NCBI GenBank assembly: GCA_050298055.1
Contig: JBNKTL010000008.1
Span: forward strand, 1 to 64,000
Length of the DNA: 64,000 bases
Direction: 5' to 3'
Origin: Spirochaetota bacterium
GTDB taxonomy: Bacteria > Spirochaetota > UBA4802 > UBA5550
Under the pieces are notes generated by a model. That model did no database searches. It saw only the letters and a list, made by a program, of their open reading frames with translations, and was not told where the DNA came from. Each line of letters begins with the position of its first letter. The first letter of the stretch is position 1. The position numbers and the translations under genes are program-made. Of the stretch, positions 1 through 11,199 are shown in pieces.

Positions 1-771
1 ATTATACCCCTGAATAAATCCATCATCTGTTTTTAATAATTTGCTGTCAGTGTCAGTAAGATTAACTTTTTCATTAGGATCACGGATTTCCTGCTCAACC
101 TCTTTTTCATATTTCTCTATTTTCTTTATCACAGAATTATACAATTTCTTTTGTCTTTCAATTGATGCTTTCTCTTGTTCCAATTCCTCAGGCGTTATTT
201 CCCCTTTTGTTTCCAATTCATCTATTATTTTTGCCCTGCTCACCAGCTTATTTGAAAGTTCTTTATATTTAACCATTTTCTCTTTGAAACCGGCTGCATC
301 TGAGGTCATCTCTTTAAGCGCATTACTGCTCACCCTGGTTCCATCTGTTATTATCTTGCCCCAATCTATCATTCCCATCTCATTCATGAGCATAAGAATT
401 TTTGTAAAAATTGATTCTATTTCTTCTGAAAAATCATTTATGAAATTGCAGAGCGTGGAATGATCTAACTTTCTATTACCACTTAAAAACACATATCCCA
501 AATGATTTTGCCGAATTAAAGCTTCCATCTTATGTGAAGACTTAATACCGGTAGCAAATGAATAGAGAATTACTTTCAATTTTACAAAAGGATGAATTGC
601 TTTTTGACCTGCATCATCATTATTATGTTTTAATGAAAAAGGTTCTATATCAACATTTTCATCAACAAACATGTCTATTAGTCTTTCTAAAGAATCTTCT
701 CCAAAATGCTTTCCGGGATACACTGTTAAAAAATATCCCTGGTCTTGTTCTATCTCCTTGTATCGTGCCAT
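1..771 (-). mobile_element. IS1182-family transposase, 5' part (runs off the window start)
   Basis: Not in the ORF track. Manual translation from ATG at 771: MARYKEIEQDQGYFL...HPFVKLKVILYSFATGIKSSHKME...DHSTLCNF...IITDGTRVSSNA...KVNLTDTDSKLLKTDDGFIQGYN. This matches the DUF772 region plus the DGT and TD.DS...GYN motifs typical of IS1182. Confidence 0.88.
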
Positions 772-867
772 CAAATAACCTTATAATTTATTAGTAATGA
801 TATACCAAATCATCATAATTCCCCTTAACTGTCAATTAATCGACAGACAACCCCGCAGGGGGCGCAA

Positions 868-888
868 GATATTTTCAGAATACTCTCT
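868..888 (-). mobile_element. Probable left terminal inverted repeat of the IS1182 element
   Basis: Minus strand reads GAGAGTATTCTGAAAATATC about 115 bp upstream of the transposase start. The partner end lies outside the window, so it cannot be verified. Confidence 0.4.
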
Positions 889-1064
889 TATGCCCCCTCT
901 GGGGGTTAGGGGGTCTTCTATTGTTTTTATAGACAATGCTAATGAATTAATACTGACTTATATCAAAAATAAATTGATTAACATTTTTCTTTTTGATATA
1001 ATCCTGTTACAATAATCTATTATTCCTCTGCGCAGGAATGATTATACGCCGGATGGTACGGCTG

Positions 1065-2984
1065 ATGGAAAAAATTCTGCTGATCAACGATAATGAATTA
1101 ACAAATAAAAACTATATCAGTTTCCTGAAAAATAAGGGATATAAGGTTGTTACCTCATTAAACGGCCGGGATGGTATAAAAAAGGCCGGTGAAGAAGATC
1201 CGGACCTCATTATACTCGATGTGAAGATGCCCGGTCTCAATGGATATGAAACTGCTTCAGAGATAAGAAAACAGAAAAACTCCAGCCACACACCCATCAT
1301 TTTTATTTCATCTGTTGTGAATGACCCGGAATCAAGGATCAGGGGATTTGAATCGGGAGGGAATGATTTTCTTACCGAACCGGTTAATTTTGATTTAATG
1401 CATTCGAAGATAAAATCATTTATCAAAGAGAAACAGTATACGGATGAGATTGAAAAAATCAGCGCAAAACTGAAAACCAGTGAGGAGAAACACAGGCTTG
1501 TTCTCGAAACCATGACAGAGGGTTATTTTGAACTTGACCTTAAGGGTAGAGTAACATTCTGCAATGATTCAATCTGCAGGATATCCGGGTATTCCCGGGA
1601 TGAACTTCTCGGTATGAACAGCCGTGACCTGACAACAGAGGATATGTCAGAGACTATTTCAAACATATTAAAGGAGATGCATGATGAGGGGAAGTCTCCC
1701 GGAATTATTAACTACCTTATGAAAAGGAAGGATGGGGGTGATGTCTTTCTGGAATTGTCGCTGGGATTGATTTTTGAGGACAGGGTGATTACCGGATTTC
1801 ATGGCATTGTTCGTGACGTTACTGAAAGGAGAGAAAAAGAGCATGAGTTAATGATAATGGGAAAGGCCCTGGAAAACTCCCTTAATGCAATCGCGGTCTC
1901 GGATATTGACGGGAACATCGAATATGTCAATAACGCGTTTTATCTCATGTGGGGACTTGAATACAGGGATAAAATCCCCGGCATTAATATCAGGGATTTC
2001 CTTAAAACCTGTCCCGAAAATTCAGAGATCATGCAGGGTCTCAGGGATATGGGGTGCTGGCTTGGGGAGCTCAATGTCCGGAACAGCAGGGGGATTGACT
2101 TTAATGTTTTTCTTTCTTCTTCACTGATAAGGGACGATAAGGGTGAAACAATCGGTATTGTGTCAACCTTTGTTGATATAACCATGAGAAAAAAGGCCGA
2201 GCAGAAGTTGAAGGAGAGCCAATCCAGGCTCACGGAACGGAACGAAGCCATTGAACGTGACCTGAAGTTAGCGCAGTATGCCCAGAATGAACTGATCAAG
2301 GTCAGGGTGCCGAAGAGTAACCTGCTGACTATCGGGTACAGGTACAAGCCTCTTGATAAAATCGGGGGTGACTACTTCTCTTTTTCCGTTCAGAGGGAAG
2401 GGACCATCGGTATTTTCCTGGGTGATGTTTCCGGTCACGGTGTTGCTTCAGCCCTCTTTATATCCCTTCTCAAGTCTGTGTCCGACAGGGTGCTCCGACG
2501 GTTCAGCACCCGGCCTTCCCGGTACATTACCATGCTCAACAGGGAACTTCTCGGGAACATGTCATCATATTATATTACGGGTATTTACGGAATATTTGGA
2601 AAAAAAAGTAACGGGGATGTTACCTTTACATTTACCAACGGCGGACATCCTTCACCTCTTGTGGTTGATTCACGGGGAGAGGTCAAACTGCTCAGGGGGA
2701 AAAGCATGGTTATAGGGGTGAAAAAGACTGAAAAGTTTGAGGAACAGGAGATTGTCCTTAAAAAAGGGGACAGGGTTTTTCTCTATACGGACGGTATCCC
2801 CGAAACAATGAATGAGAAGTCGGATATGCTGGGTTTTGATGAGAGGCTGATCAATATGTTCGCGGAAGGTTCAAAACTGAATCTCGAAGGCAATCTCGAT
2901 TTTATCTTTAAGTGTGTTGATGATTTTCGTGGCAATGCTGAAGTTCACGATGACATGCTGCTCATCGGGTTTGAGGTCCTTTAA
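1065..2984 (+). CDS. Response regulator receiver-PAS-PAS-SpoIIE/PP2C serine phosphatase (RsbU/RsbP-like)
   Basis: REC (DLIILDVKMPGLNG), two PAS domains, PP2C motifs GGDYF, DVSGHG, LYTDGI and DDMLL. Start placed at MEKILL; the ORF track starts at 1038. Confidence 0.9.
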   Translation: MEKILLINDNELTNKNYISFLKNKGYKVVTSLNGRDGIKKAGEEDPDLIILDVKMPGLNGYETASEIRKQKNSSHTPIIFISSVVNDPESRIRGFESGGNDFLTEPVNFDLMHSKIKSFIKEKQYTDEIEKISAKLKTSEEKHRLVLETMTEGYFELDLKGRVTFCNDSICRISGYSRDELLGMNSRDLTTEDMSETISNILKEMHDEGKSPGIINYLMKRKDGGDVFLELSLGLIFEDRVITGFHGIVRDVTERREKEHELMIMGKALENSLNAIAVSDIDGNIEYVNNAFYLMWGLEYRDKIPGINIRDFLKTCPENSEIMQGLRDMGCWLGELNVRNSRGIDFNVFLSSSLIRDDKGETIGIVSTFVDITMRKKAEQKLKESQSRLTERNEAIERDLKLAQYAQNELIKVRVPKSNLLTIGYRYKPLDKIGGDYFSFSVQREGTIGIFLGDVSGHGVASALFISLLKSVSDRVLRRFSTRPSRYITMLNRELLGNMSSYYITGIYGIFGKKSNGDVTFTFTNGGHPSPLVVDSRGEVKLLRGKSMVIGVKKTEKFEEQEIVLKKGDRVFLYTDGIPETMNEKSDMLGFDERLINMFAEGSKLNLEGNLDFIFKCVDDFRGNAEVHDDMLLIGFEVL

Positions 2985-3001
2985 TGAAAAGTCTTAAATA
3001 T

Positions 3002-3031
3002 AACAGGCGCAACATCCCTGTGGCGCCTGTT
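3002..3031. terminator. Hairpin between convergent genes
   Basis: AACAGGCGC...GCGCCTGTT inverted repeat. Confidence 0.45.
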
Positions 3032-3080
3032 GAAATAATTCGGAGAGAATGAAAATATCAGGGAACCTCTAAAAATTAAA

Positions 3081-3953
3081 TCAGTGGTCGTATTTTTTTG
3101 AAGCTTCCGCATTGTTGTACATGGCTTCGTTAAATTTTTTCTTCCCATAATCTTTAATAAGTGACTGCCCCTTTTCTGATGCCAGGAGTTTGATAAACTT
3201 GAGAGCCAGATCATAATTTTTCCCATTCCCTTTTGCAATGCTCAGGGCATGGTATGTATTAATCAAATAGGGATCTCCCCTGAATAAAACAGAAATATTT
3301 TCCAGACCCTTTTTCCCTGCAACCCATGTACTGCTGTCTGTCATGAAATGGCCTTTCTGCTTGTTTGCTTTAATTAAAGTCGCCATCATGAAGTCTTTTG
3401 TTATTATATACCAGTCACCTGAAGGATTTACGGCGGCATTCTTCCAGATTGCCATCTCCTTCTTGTGGGTTCCTGAATTATCTCCCCTGGATAAAAACGG
3501 AGACTTTGCAGCGGCTATCTTTTTGTATGCATCTGCAGCTGAGGAAGCTTTTCGGATACCGGCCGGGTCATTTTTTGGGCCTACGATATAAAATTCATTG
3601 GAACCGATGAGTGTTCTGTTCGCTGCCCAGCCCTCCTTGACAGCAAGTTTTTCCGCTTTTGGCGCATGGACCATAACAAGGTCAACTTTCTTTGCTTTAA
3701 GGAGTTTCAGGGACTTTCCCGAACCGGCTTTTACCCAGCACAGGGACGTATCATTTTTTGAGTTGAATTCATTGGCAAGTGTTTCAAGGAGTCCCAGCTC
3801 CCCGGGGCTTCCCGTTGCCAGTTTGAGTACTGTTTTCCCTTTACCAAAAACCTTCTTGCACTGTACTTTCTGTTCAGACTTTGAGCAACCTGTAATAAAT
3901 ATTGCAGTTGTTAACAGCAGGATTAATTTGGTGAGAATATTGTTTTTTTTCAT
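3081..3953 (-). CDS. tupA: Tungstate/oxyanion ABC transporter substrate-binding lipoprotein (TupA-like)
   Basis: Lipobox ITGC; motifs LATGSPGELGLL, GSGKSL, DLVMVHAP, FLSRGDNSGTHKKE and N.YH. Confidence 0.75.
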   Translation of the reverse strand: MKKNNILTKLILLLTTAIFITGCSKSEQKVQCKKVFGKGKTVLKLATGSPGELGLLETLANEFNSKNDTSLCWVKAGSGKSLKLLKAKKVDLVMVHAPKAEKLAVKEGWAANRTLIGSNEFYIVGPKNDPAGIRKASSAADAYKKIAAAKSPFLSRGDNSGTHKKEMAIWKNAAVNPSGDWYIITKDFMMATLIKANKQKGHFMTDSSTWVAGKKGLENISVLFRGDPYLINTYHALSIAKGNGKNYDLALKFIKLLASEKGQSLIKDYGKKKFNEAMYNNAEASKKYDH

Positions 3954-4218
3954 ATAACCTCCAGACTATTGAATTAATGTGATGAGTATAAGATAAATTC
4001 AATAAGTCAAGAAAAATATTACAAAATATTACAATATAATACAAATGCAGGTCAATATTTACTTATTGCAGTTTATAAAGAAATGGATTTCCATTATCAT
4101 GTCATTAAGTCTTCCCGGTTTGGTGTATTAATCGTGAAGTTAACCTGCATTATAAAGTGTGAGTATGTTCCTGTTTGACCTGGGTAATTGTGCTATGCAT
4201 TATTTACTTCCTTGCCGG

Positions 4219-5529
4219 TCAATATATTCTTTTGAAGCTTTCCCTTTTATTTGTAATATATATGCGGAGCTTCCTGTTTTTCAGTCCTGCACCCAGGAGA
4301 AGTGTTCCCGTTCCGTCAATAAGCGGATACAGGTTGGATGCAAGTTCACTTCCCAGGGCAAGCTTCGTATTTATAACTGTCCCCCTTCCGTTTCTCTGAA
4401 TATTGTGGAGTTCCGTGAAGTCCTGAACGGGAAGGATAATATCATTAATCCCGTCGGAATTGAAGTCGGATACAACCGCGTTGTGGAGGTTCCGGGACCC
4501 GTTTTTGTGGGTTGAATATCCTCTGGCAGAATGAACAAGCTTCAGTTTTCTTTTCTCCAGCCTGTAAAACTCCAGGATTCCGTCAGTGTGGGGGGTCCTG
4601 ACGCCGACTATTTCCATTATCTGTTTTTTCCCCATCTTTGCGGCAGCAACAAGGTGGACCCATCTGTTTCCCGTGCCCGGAGGGTCGGACTCTGCAATCA
4701 ACCTGCCGTTTTCGGAAAATACCTGGAGCCGGGAACCCCGGAACAGGCGGCTCTTTGTTATTATCACTTCTCTCTGACCATCGCCGTTTATATCCTTCCA
4801 GATCGGGAAAAGCGATTCAAAAAATCCGTCTCTTTCTATTATATACGATATTGACTTCCTGAATGCCGACCCTGTATCCAGGATCATAAAACCTGTTGCC
4901 TCGTAAATATCTCCAAGTATACCGTGCCGGTAACCCTGTGAGTTGCCGGTCAGCATGAGAATTTTCCAGTTGTTTCCAACAACAATTCTCGAATCCCTGA
5001 GAATATTTCTGAAGATTCTCCTTTTTCTCTTTCCAGCGGTAAGGTAGAGATCGCAGCTGTTGTCCAGGTGAACAAATCTCTCGGTTCCAATTGGGACGGG
5101 AAATGTGTGGAAGTTCCATCCGTAAAGCTCGTCGGGAAGCATTACGTAATTATTCCCACTCCTGACCAGAACGGGTATTTTCAGATGCCTGTTTTTCTCC
5201 CGGTATCTTATGCGGGAGTAGATCTTCCTGTTTTTGACCTCTATCCTCCATATGCTTCCGCTGGTAAGTGTGACATACCATACACTTCCTCCCTGAACCG
5301 GGTGGGCTGTTATCCAGACAGGAATATTATCAAGCCCGCTTTCGATATAATTTTTCGGGGAGATAATTCCACTGCTTTCGATGTAGTGGTTTCCGTCTGC
5401 TGACGGGATAATTGTGTAGTATGGCCTGTAGATACTCTGATCTGAACTTGAATTTTTTCCGCCCAGAAAGAGGAATGTAAGTGATATGAGAATGAGAGTG
5501 CGAATACTCGTATGGTTTTTCTTCATCAA
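4219..5529 (-). CDS. Exported VCBS/FG-GAP repeat protein
   Basis: Signal peptide; Ca-binding-type repeats DINGDGQRE and DFNSDGIND; YRHGILGD motif. Confidence 0.65.
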   Translation of the reverse strand: MMKKNHTSIRTLILISLTFLFLGGKNSSSDQSIYRPYYTIIPSADGNHYIESSGIISPKNYIESGLDNIPVWITAHPVQGGSVWYVTLTSGSIWRIEVKNRKIYSRIRYREKNRHLKIPVLVRSGNNYVMLPDELYGWNFHTFPVPIGTERFVHLDNSCDLYLTAGKRKRRIFRNILRDSRIVVGNNWKILMLTGNSQGYRHGILGDIYEATGFMILDTGSAFRKSISYIIERDGFFESLFPIWKDINGDGQREVIITKSRLFRGSRLQVFSENGRLIAESDPPGTGNRWVHLVAAAKMGKKQIMEIVGVRTPHTDGILEFYRLEKRKLKLVHSARGYSTHKNGSRNLHNAVVSDFNSDGINDIILPVQDFTELHNIQRNGRGTVINTKLALGSELASNLYPLIDGTGTLLLGAGLKNRKLRIYITNKRESFKRIY

Positions 5530-7949
5530 TTTGCAAGATAGCTTTCTATCATCCTCAGAAGGACTGTTTTATCAATTGGCTTGGTAAGATAATTGTTACA
5601 GCCGCAGTTTATGCAGAGGTCCCTTTCACTTTTCATTGCTGACGCGGTAATTGCAATGATCGGTATCCCGATTTCCATCCCTTTCTCATTCTCCATTTCC
5701 CTGATCTTTTTCGTTGTCTGGAAACCGTCCAATTCCGGCATCTGGATATCCATGAGTACAAGGTCAATCGTCGGTTTGCTGTTCATTCTCACTAAGGTCT
5801 CAAAGCCGTTATCTGCCGTTTCAACAATATAGCCTTCCTTTTCAAGAATTGTTTTCAGAAGTTTTTGATTGATAATGTTGTCCTCTGCAACCAGTATTCT
5901 CATTTCCTCAACAGGTCCGGCAATTCTCATTGTATCTCTGTCTGCCGGTTTCATTTCATCTGACGGGATATAAGGAAGAGTGAAATAGAATGTTGATCCT
6001 TTTTTCTTTCCGGTATTGGACTTTGCCCATATATTGCCGCCCATGAGATTTATCAGTTTTTTTGATATGGTAAGCCCCAGCCCGGTCCCTGTATGGATCT
6101 TGGACATGCTGTTGTCAACCTGCGTGAAGGATTCAAAAATAATGTCATGGTAACCGGAGGGTATGCCTATACCTGAATCTTCTACATGGAAAAGGAGTGT
6201 TTTTTCGTCACTGAGTCTGCAGCCAAAATCAATATGGCCCCTGTCGGTAAACTTAACCGCATTATACATGAGATTGTAGAGGACCTGCTGAAGCCTGATG
6301 GGATCGCTCATAACAAATCTGCTGATATCGGAGGAGAGGTTCCCGGTAAGTTTAATATTCTTCTCCTTGTCCTTTAATAATATGCGGCTTGTCTGCTCTA
6401 CCTGTTTAAAGATATTTTCCAGTGAAACGGAGGTAAGTTCGGTCCTTATTGCTCCCGCTTCTATCTTTGAAAGATCAAGAATATCATCGATTATGGAAAG
6501 CAGAAGGCCCCCGCTCTCTTTAATGATGTTCAGGTATTCCCGGTGATTTATTAAGGATTCATCATCCAGCATCAGGTCCGTATACCCGATTATCGCGTTC
6601 ATGGGTGTTCGTATTTCATGTGACAGATTTGTAAGAAATTCGGTCTTTATCCTGTTTGATTTTTCCGCGTGAGTTTTTGCCTCTACAAGTTTTTCCTCGG
6701 TACGTTTTCTGCTTGTAATATCTTTCAGAAGCACCCAGAGGCCGGAAAAGTTCTCATCAGGATCAAGGATCGGGGTTATTGAAATATCGAAGTAGGTTAT
6801 CGTCCTGTCCTGATTTACATGAACGAGGCTGTTAATTTCAACATGCTCTTTTTTCGTAACGGCGTTATTAAATGCTTTCTGTGCCTTTATTCTGCTGTCT
6901 TCGTTGAGAAGCTCCAGGATATTTTTCCCCCTGAGGTCCTGTTTAAAACAATGAAGAATTTTAAGGGCCTCACTGTTGAAGAAAGTTATGTTGAATGTGT
7001 CATCGACTTCAATGTAGGCGTCATTGATCTGGTTGAGGATTGAATAGAATTTTTCTCTCTGCTCCTGAATGTATTGATCTGATTTTTTTACTTCTGTGAT
7101 ATCCCTTGCATTAAAAAGAATGCACATGGCTTCACCGTCAGGATTTACTTTACTTTTAAGATTTCCTTCAAAATAAAGGAGTGTTTTGTTCTTATGGGCA
7201 AACCTGATTATTATTGAGATTCCTTTTTCAGGAAGTTTTTCTATTTCGAAAATTCTTTTTAATGAATCAGCGTCATCAGGATGAATGAAGTTCAGTATAT
7301 TCTCGCCGATGAAATCTAATTGCTCTATTCCGGTAATATTCTTTATAGAAGGACTTATTGATAAAATGGTCCCGTCACAGGCAAGAATAGAATAGATATC
7401 CGAAGAGTTTTCTATAAGTGATTTGTAGTACTGTTTTACTTTAAGCAGGTTGGGGTCTGTTTCTTTAAATCCGTCAATGTTTCGAATAATCCCTATTGTA
7501 CCCAGAAAAGATTTCTTTTTTTTACTTGTTTCATCGTAAATACCCATGGAATATATTTCACCATGGATATCTTTTTTTCTTAAAAATCTTTCCCAGTTTT
7601 TCGGTATCAGCCTGATATTCAGGTTCTTTGTAATACGTTCTCCGGTCCTTCTTTCAGCAAACAGCTTCGGTTCAATTTTCCTGGTTTTCAGTACATAACT
7701 GTTTTTCAGGATGGTGTCTCTCTTTACACTGCTTATGTCCTCCGGGTGTAAAAGGATGGAATAGTGCATGCCAACAAGCTCTCCCGGTTCATAACCGAGT
7801 ATGTTGATGGAGTCACTTATATACTGGAAGAATCCGCCTGAATCAATTTTATAGACAATATCGGGCAGTATGTGTGTTGTATTCTCTTCGGTTTTGACTA
7901 TCACTTTTTTTTGCCTGATTTTCTTCATCAACCCGGAAGGAAACATCAT
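5526..7949 (-). CDS. PAS-domain hybrid sensor histidine kinase with C-terminal receiver
   Basis: Three PAS domains, H-box SHEIRTPMN, NAVKFT, DSGIG, GTGLGL, REC DLVLMDIQMP. Confidence 0.93.
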   Translation of the reverse strand: MMFPSGLMKKIRQKKVIVKTEENTTHILPDIVYKIDSGGFFQYISDSINILGYEPGELVGMHYSILLHPEDISSVKRDTILKNSYVLKTRKIEPKLFAERRTGERITKNLNIRLIPKNWERFLRKKDIHGEIYSMGIYDETSKKKKSFLGTIGIIRNIDGFKETDPNLLKVKQYYKSLIENSSDIYSILACDGTILSISPSIKNITGIEQLDFIGENILNFIHPDDADSLKRIFEIEKLPEKGISIIIRFAHKNKTLLYFEGNLKSKVNPDGEAMCILFNARDITEVKKSDQYIQEQREKFYSILNQINDAYIEVDDTFNITFFNSEALKILHCFKQDLRGKNILELLNEDSRIKAQKAFNNAVTKKEHVEINSLVHVNQDRTITYFDISITPILDPDENFSGLWVLLKDITSRKRTEEKLVEAKTHAEKSNRIKTEFLTNLSHEIRTPMNAIIGYTDLMLDDESLINHREYLNIIKESGGLLLSIIDDILDLSKIEAGAIRTELTSVSLENIFKQVEQTSRILLKDKEKNIKLTGNLSSDISRFVMSDPIRLQQVLYNLMYNAVKFTDRGHIDFGCRLSDEKTLLFHVEDSGIGIPSGYHDIIFESFTQVDNSMSKIHTGTGLGLTISKKLINLMGGNIWAKSNTGKKKGSTFYFTLPYIPSDEMKPADRDTMRIAGPVEEMRILVAEDNIINQKLLKTILEKEGYIVETADNGFETLVRMNSKPTIDLVLMDIQMPELDGFQTTKKIREMENEKGMEIGIPIIAITASAMKSERDLCINCGCNNYLTKPIDKTVLLRMIESYLAN

Positions 7950-8486
7950 GCAATAATTTATGAATGTTCCTTATACCTTGATGTGGCCCTTATGTTAATT
8001 TTCGTAGTGAATCGGATATATGGTTTAAAATGTCCAGATCAATAAAAATATTAATGTCTCCACCGTCTTCGGATGTGAAGTGATGTCGCTTCTGTTTTTC
8101 TTAATGAGTAAAACTTGCTGAGAAATATGATTGTTTTTATACATACCTGAGTAGTTAATTATTTTCATTTTTTCAGGAATGCCCTTTTTTTACATCCGTG
8201 ATTACTCATTTTACTCATGATTATGTCAATAATTAATTTACAGGTAAATATATAAAAAACCGGTATTTTCCATAATGTAAAATTTTATATGTAGATTTTA
8301 TAATAAAAAACGCCATTAAAAAATGGTCTCCCTTCTCTTTCAAATTTGATATATATAGTGTCATGAATGCGCAATGTTTGACAAAAAAAATTATCGGATC
8401 ATACTACTCAACAAGCTGAGTTGCAAAAACAGATTGGTGCAAAATCATACCGGCTCAGTACTGGTAAAAACAGAGTGAATTTATCT

Positions 8487-9269
8487 TTATGCAGGTTTTC
8501 TCAGCCTGAGCATCCTGAGCAGGAAGTATGTGGAATATGAGGCTGACAGGTGCTTTATTGTATGTCCGCTGATTAATTCTCCCGCGGAATAGATTTTATA
8601 ATCGAATATTTCAAACCCTTTAGCCAGGGCATAGATCAGAATAACAAAAATAAAATCCCTGTTCCTTGTGTAGCGGGAGGGAAACATGCATATAATTAAT
8701 GGGATGAGAAGAACAGGGAAATACTGTACAAGGATATAAGGCCTCAGGTCTCCGTTACCTGCTCTCTCACCCAGGTACCAGTAGACAACACTTGCTGTTC
8801 CGAAGATGAGCAGGGGGACCAGGAGAACCCGGGCGGACTTTATGCTGATATGCTCGTTGATAATTACAGTAAAGAAAGAGATAAAAGCCACTGTCATGGG
8901 AAGCCTGTCCCAGAAGAGTCCCGGGTTGTCCGTTCTGATATGATAGTATGATGATCCAATACCGGTGAGTAAAATTCCCGTGAAAAAAATGGCGTAGTAA
9001 ACCGGGTCAATTCTCCGGGAGAAATTATCTTCCAATTTCCCCCTCCTGATCTTTAATAAATGGACCAGCCCGAGAATCCCGAACAGTATGAAGGGGAGAT
9101 TTGACACAACATTGAAAAAATTCGGTATGCCGAAGATCTCTCTTCTGTCCGCAAAGAGATGGTAACTTTTCTCCTGGGAAATGGGGTCCATCAGGAAGAT
9201 AAGAATGACTCCTGCGGCAGAGAGAAGGATGATTCCCGCATGTTTGCTTTTCAGATTTGAGAAAGCCAT
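8487..9269 (-). CDS. Ceramidase-domain (CREST superfamily) membrane protein
   Basis: Multiple TM segments; SNLPF, GSSYYH, WDRLPM and SGHTIKHL motifs. Confidence 0.8.
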   Translation of the reverse strand: MAFSNLKSKHAGIILLSAAGVILIFLMDPISQEKSYHLFADRREIFGIPNFFNVVSNLPFILFGILGLVHLLKIRRGKLEDNFSRRIDPVYYAIFFTGILLTGIGSSYYHIRTDNPGLFWDRLPMTVAFISFFTVIINEHISIKSARVLLVPLLIFGTASVVYWYLGERAGNGDLRPYILVQYFPVLLIPLIICMFPSRYTRNRDFIFVILIYALAKGFEIFDYKIYSAGELISGHTIKHLSASYSTYFLLRMLRLRKPA

Positions 9270-9477
9270 ATTACCAGGTACCGTTTAAAGAACATTTAAA
9301 TGAATATATCTTTGAAGGTCAATAAAGAAAATCCGGGTTTTTAAACTTGACACATTTCCTTTCGCCGTATAGGTTTAAATTTTTTAAATCATAAATTTTT
9401 TCGTTTTAATTTTTAAATTTAAATGCTACTACTCAGCTATATTAATAGAATGAATGTATTTATAAGAATATTAGCAA

Positions 9478-9510
9478 TATGTCCCCGCCGCCGAAGGCGG
9501 CGGGGACATA
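9478..9510. repeat. REP-like GC palindrome family A, copy 1
   Basis: TATGTCCCCGCCGCC-GAA-GGCGGCGGGGACATA; four copies in the window. Confidence 0.9.
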
Positions 9511-9607
9511 CCAGTTATGTTTTTCAATAGATATAATTATTCCTATGCATAGGAGAGTAGCAATATCTCATTAATAATTTTATATTATTGACTTCCCGGT
9601 AAAAGAG

Positions 9608-11161
9608 ATGAAAGAAAAAATTAATAAATTCTTCTTGAGAAGATATGAAGAGAGAGATTACAGTGACCAGCAGAAGGCAAAGGTCATTGTGGTTTTCTCC
9701 TTTTCTATTGCCCTTCTTCTCCTTATTGTCATGCTTGCACTTCTCATCGTCCAGAAGAAGGATATGACCTATCCCGGGATACTGGGCATTCTGGTAGTAG
9801 AAGGGGTTATCTTTGTTGCTTTTTTCATTAATTTATTGGGGAGAAACAAGATTGCCGCACATATGATGATTGTGGTTGTAAATACGGTTGTATGGGCGGT
9901 ATTGTTCTTAAAGACAGGGAAGAGTGATCTCGTTACAACAATCGATACTGTTGTTTATATATTTCCTTTATTTGTCGCTGCAACAATTACTACGGATAAG
10001 CCTTCCATAATTTTTTATTCAGCAGTGAACGTTGCCATGACAATGTTCTACAGCATTACCACATATAATGCGGGAGTTTTCACCAGAATACAGATGGTGG
10101 ATTTTATTGCCGATACCTCCGTCTCCCTTGCTCTTACCGGTATCTGCAGTTTTACTTTCCTCAACCTGAGTATGAAGTATTACAACATGGTGAAAGAGAG
10201 CTACAATGAGAGTCAGCGCCACAGCGGTAAACTTGACAGTATTCTTGTAAAGACCAATGACATATCAGTGAAGGTTGCCGCGTCAACCGATGAGATGGCC
10301 AATGCGGTCTCCTCGTTCTCGGAAAATGCCCAGACCCAGGCAGCCTCGGTAGAGGAGATAACGGCAACTGTTGAGGAGGTCACGGCAAGCGGGGAGAGCA
10401 TTAACGCCATGGCGGGGGAACAGCTTGACCTGACCAGGAAGGCGGAGGATGTCATGGAGGAGCTGAAGAGTATCGTAGACAGGACAAGTGACATGATGGT
10501 ATCGGCTATGCAGACCCGTGACCGGCTTGATGATGTAGTGAAAAAAACCCGGGGAGAGATCGAGGACACTCTCAGCGTTATGAACAGTGCCACTTCAAAG
10601 TTCAAGGATGTGCAGGAAACAGTTGACCTGATACAGGGGATATCGGACCAGATAAACCTTCTCTCCCTGAATGCGGCCATAGAAGCCGCCCGGGCAGGTG
10701 AGTCGGGACGGGGCTTTGCCGTGGTCGCGGATGAGATCGGAAAACTCGCGGACAACACATCCTCAAATGTGAAGACGATTAATGATCTTTTTACAATCAG
10801 TAATGATGAGATTAACAGGGCATACGTACGGTTAAACGCGCTGATCGAATCCCTGAACAACATGATGGGGTATATCTCCCAGTTCAGCAGCATGATCAGC
10901 GAGGTTGTCAAACTTGCCCGGGAGGATGTTGAGTTGAATGCGCGGGCCAGGGATTCTCTCAGCAGCGTTTTAACGGCGGCAAATGATATTCTCAATGCCA
11001 CCAACGAACAGAAAACGGCACTTGATGAGATAACCAGAAGCCTGGCAACGATCAACAACTCAACCCTGCAGATATCCGCCGGAGCGGAAGAGCTTACGGG
11101 GACCTCAAGAGAGATCGCTTTATCGGCACAGGAACTTCTCTCCGTTTCAGGGGAAGAATAG
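9608..11161 (+). CDS. Methyl-accepting chemotaxis protein with multi-TM N-terminus
   Basis: [34 protein letters not shown] signalling hairpin. Confidence 0.95.
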   Translation: MKEKINKFFLRRYEERDYSDQQKAKVIVVFSFSIALLLLIVMLALLIVQKKDMTYPGILGILVVEGVIFVAFFINLLGRNKIAAHMMIVVVNTVVWAVLFLKTGKSDLVTTIDTVVYIFPLFVAATITTDKPSIIFYSAVNVAMTMFYSITTYNAGVFTRIQMVDFIADTSVSLALTGICSFTFLNLSMKYYNMVKESYNESQRHSGKLDSILVKTNDISVKVAASTDEMANAVSSFSENAQTQAASVEEITATVEEVTASGESINAMAGEQLDLTRKAEDVMEELKSIVDRTSDMMVSAMQTRDRLDDVVKKTRGEIEDTLSVMNSATSKFKDVQETVDLIQGISDQINLLSLNAAIEAARAGESGRGFAVVADEIGKLADNTSSNVKTINDLFTISNDEINRAYVRLNALIESLNNMMGYISQFSSMISEVVKLAREDVELNARARDSLSSVLTAANDILNATNEQKTALDEITRSLATINNSTLQISAGAEELTGTSREIALSAQELLSVSGEE

Positions 11162-11199
11162 AAATATCCGCCCCGCTTATTTTACAACAGGTATAAAAG

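Noticed and set aside
41..794. Plus-strand ORFs 41..463 and 558..794
   Set aside because: Antisense shadows of the minus-strand IS1182 transposase
7950..8486. Long AT-rich intergenic region with TTACTCAT repeats (8202, 8211; inverted at 8104)
   Set aside because: Short motifs in AT-rich DNA could arise by chance; no ORF or RNA structure could be supported
10213..11058. Long antisense ORFs here and within fadA, the activase, the AAA ATPase and A2M
   Set aside because: Expected shadows of biased codon usage; no recognisable motifs
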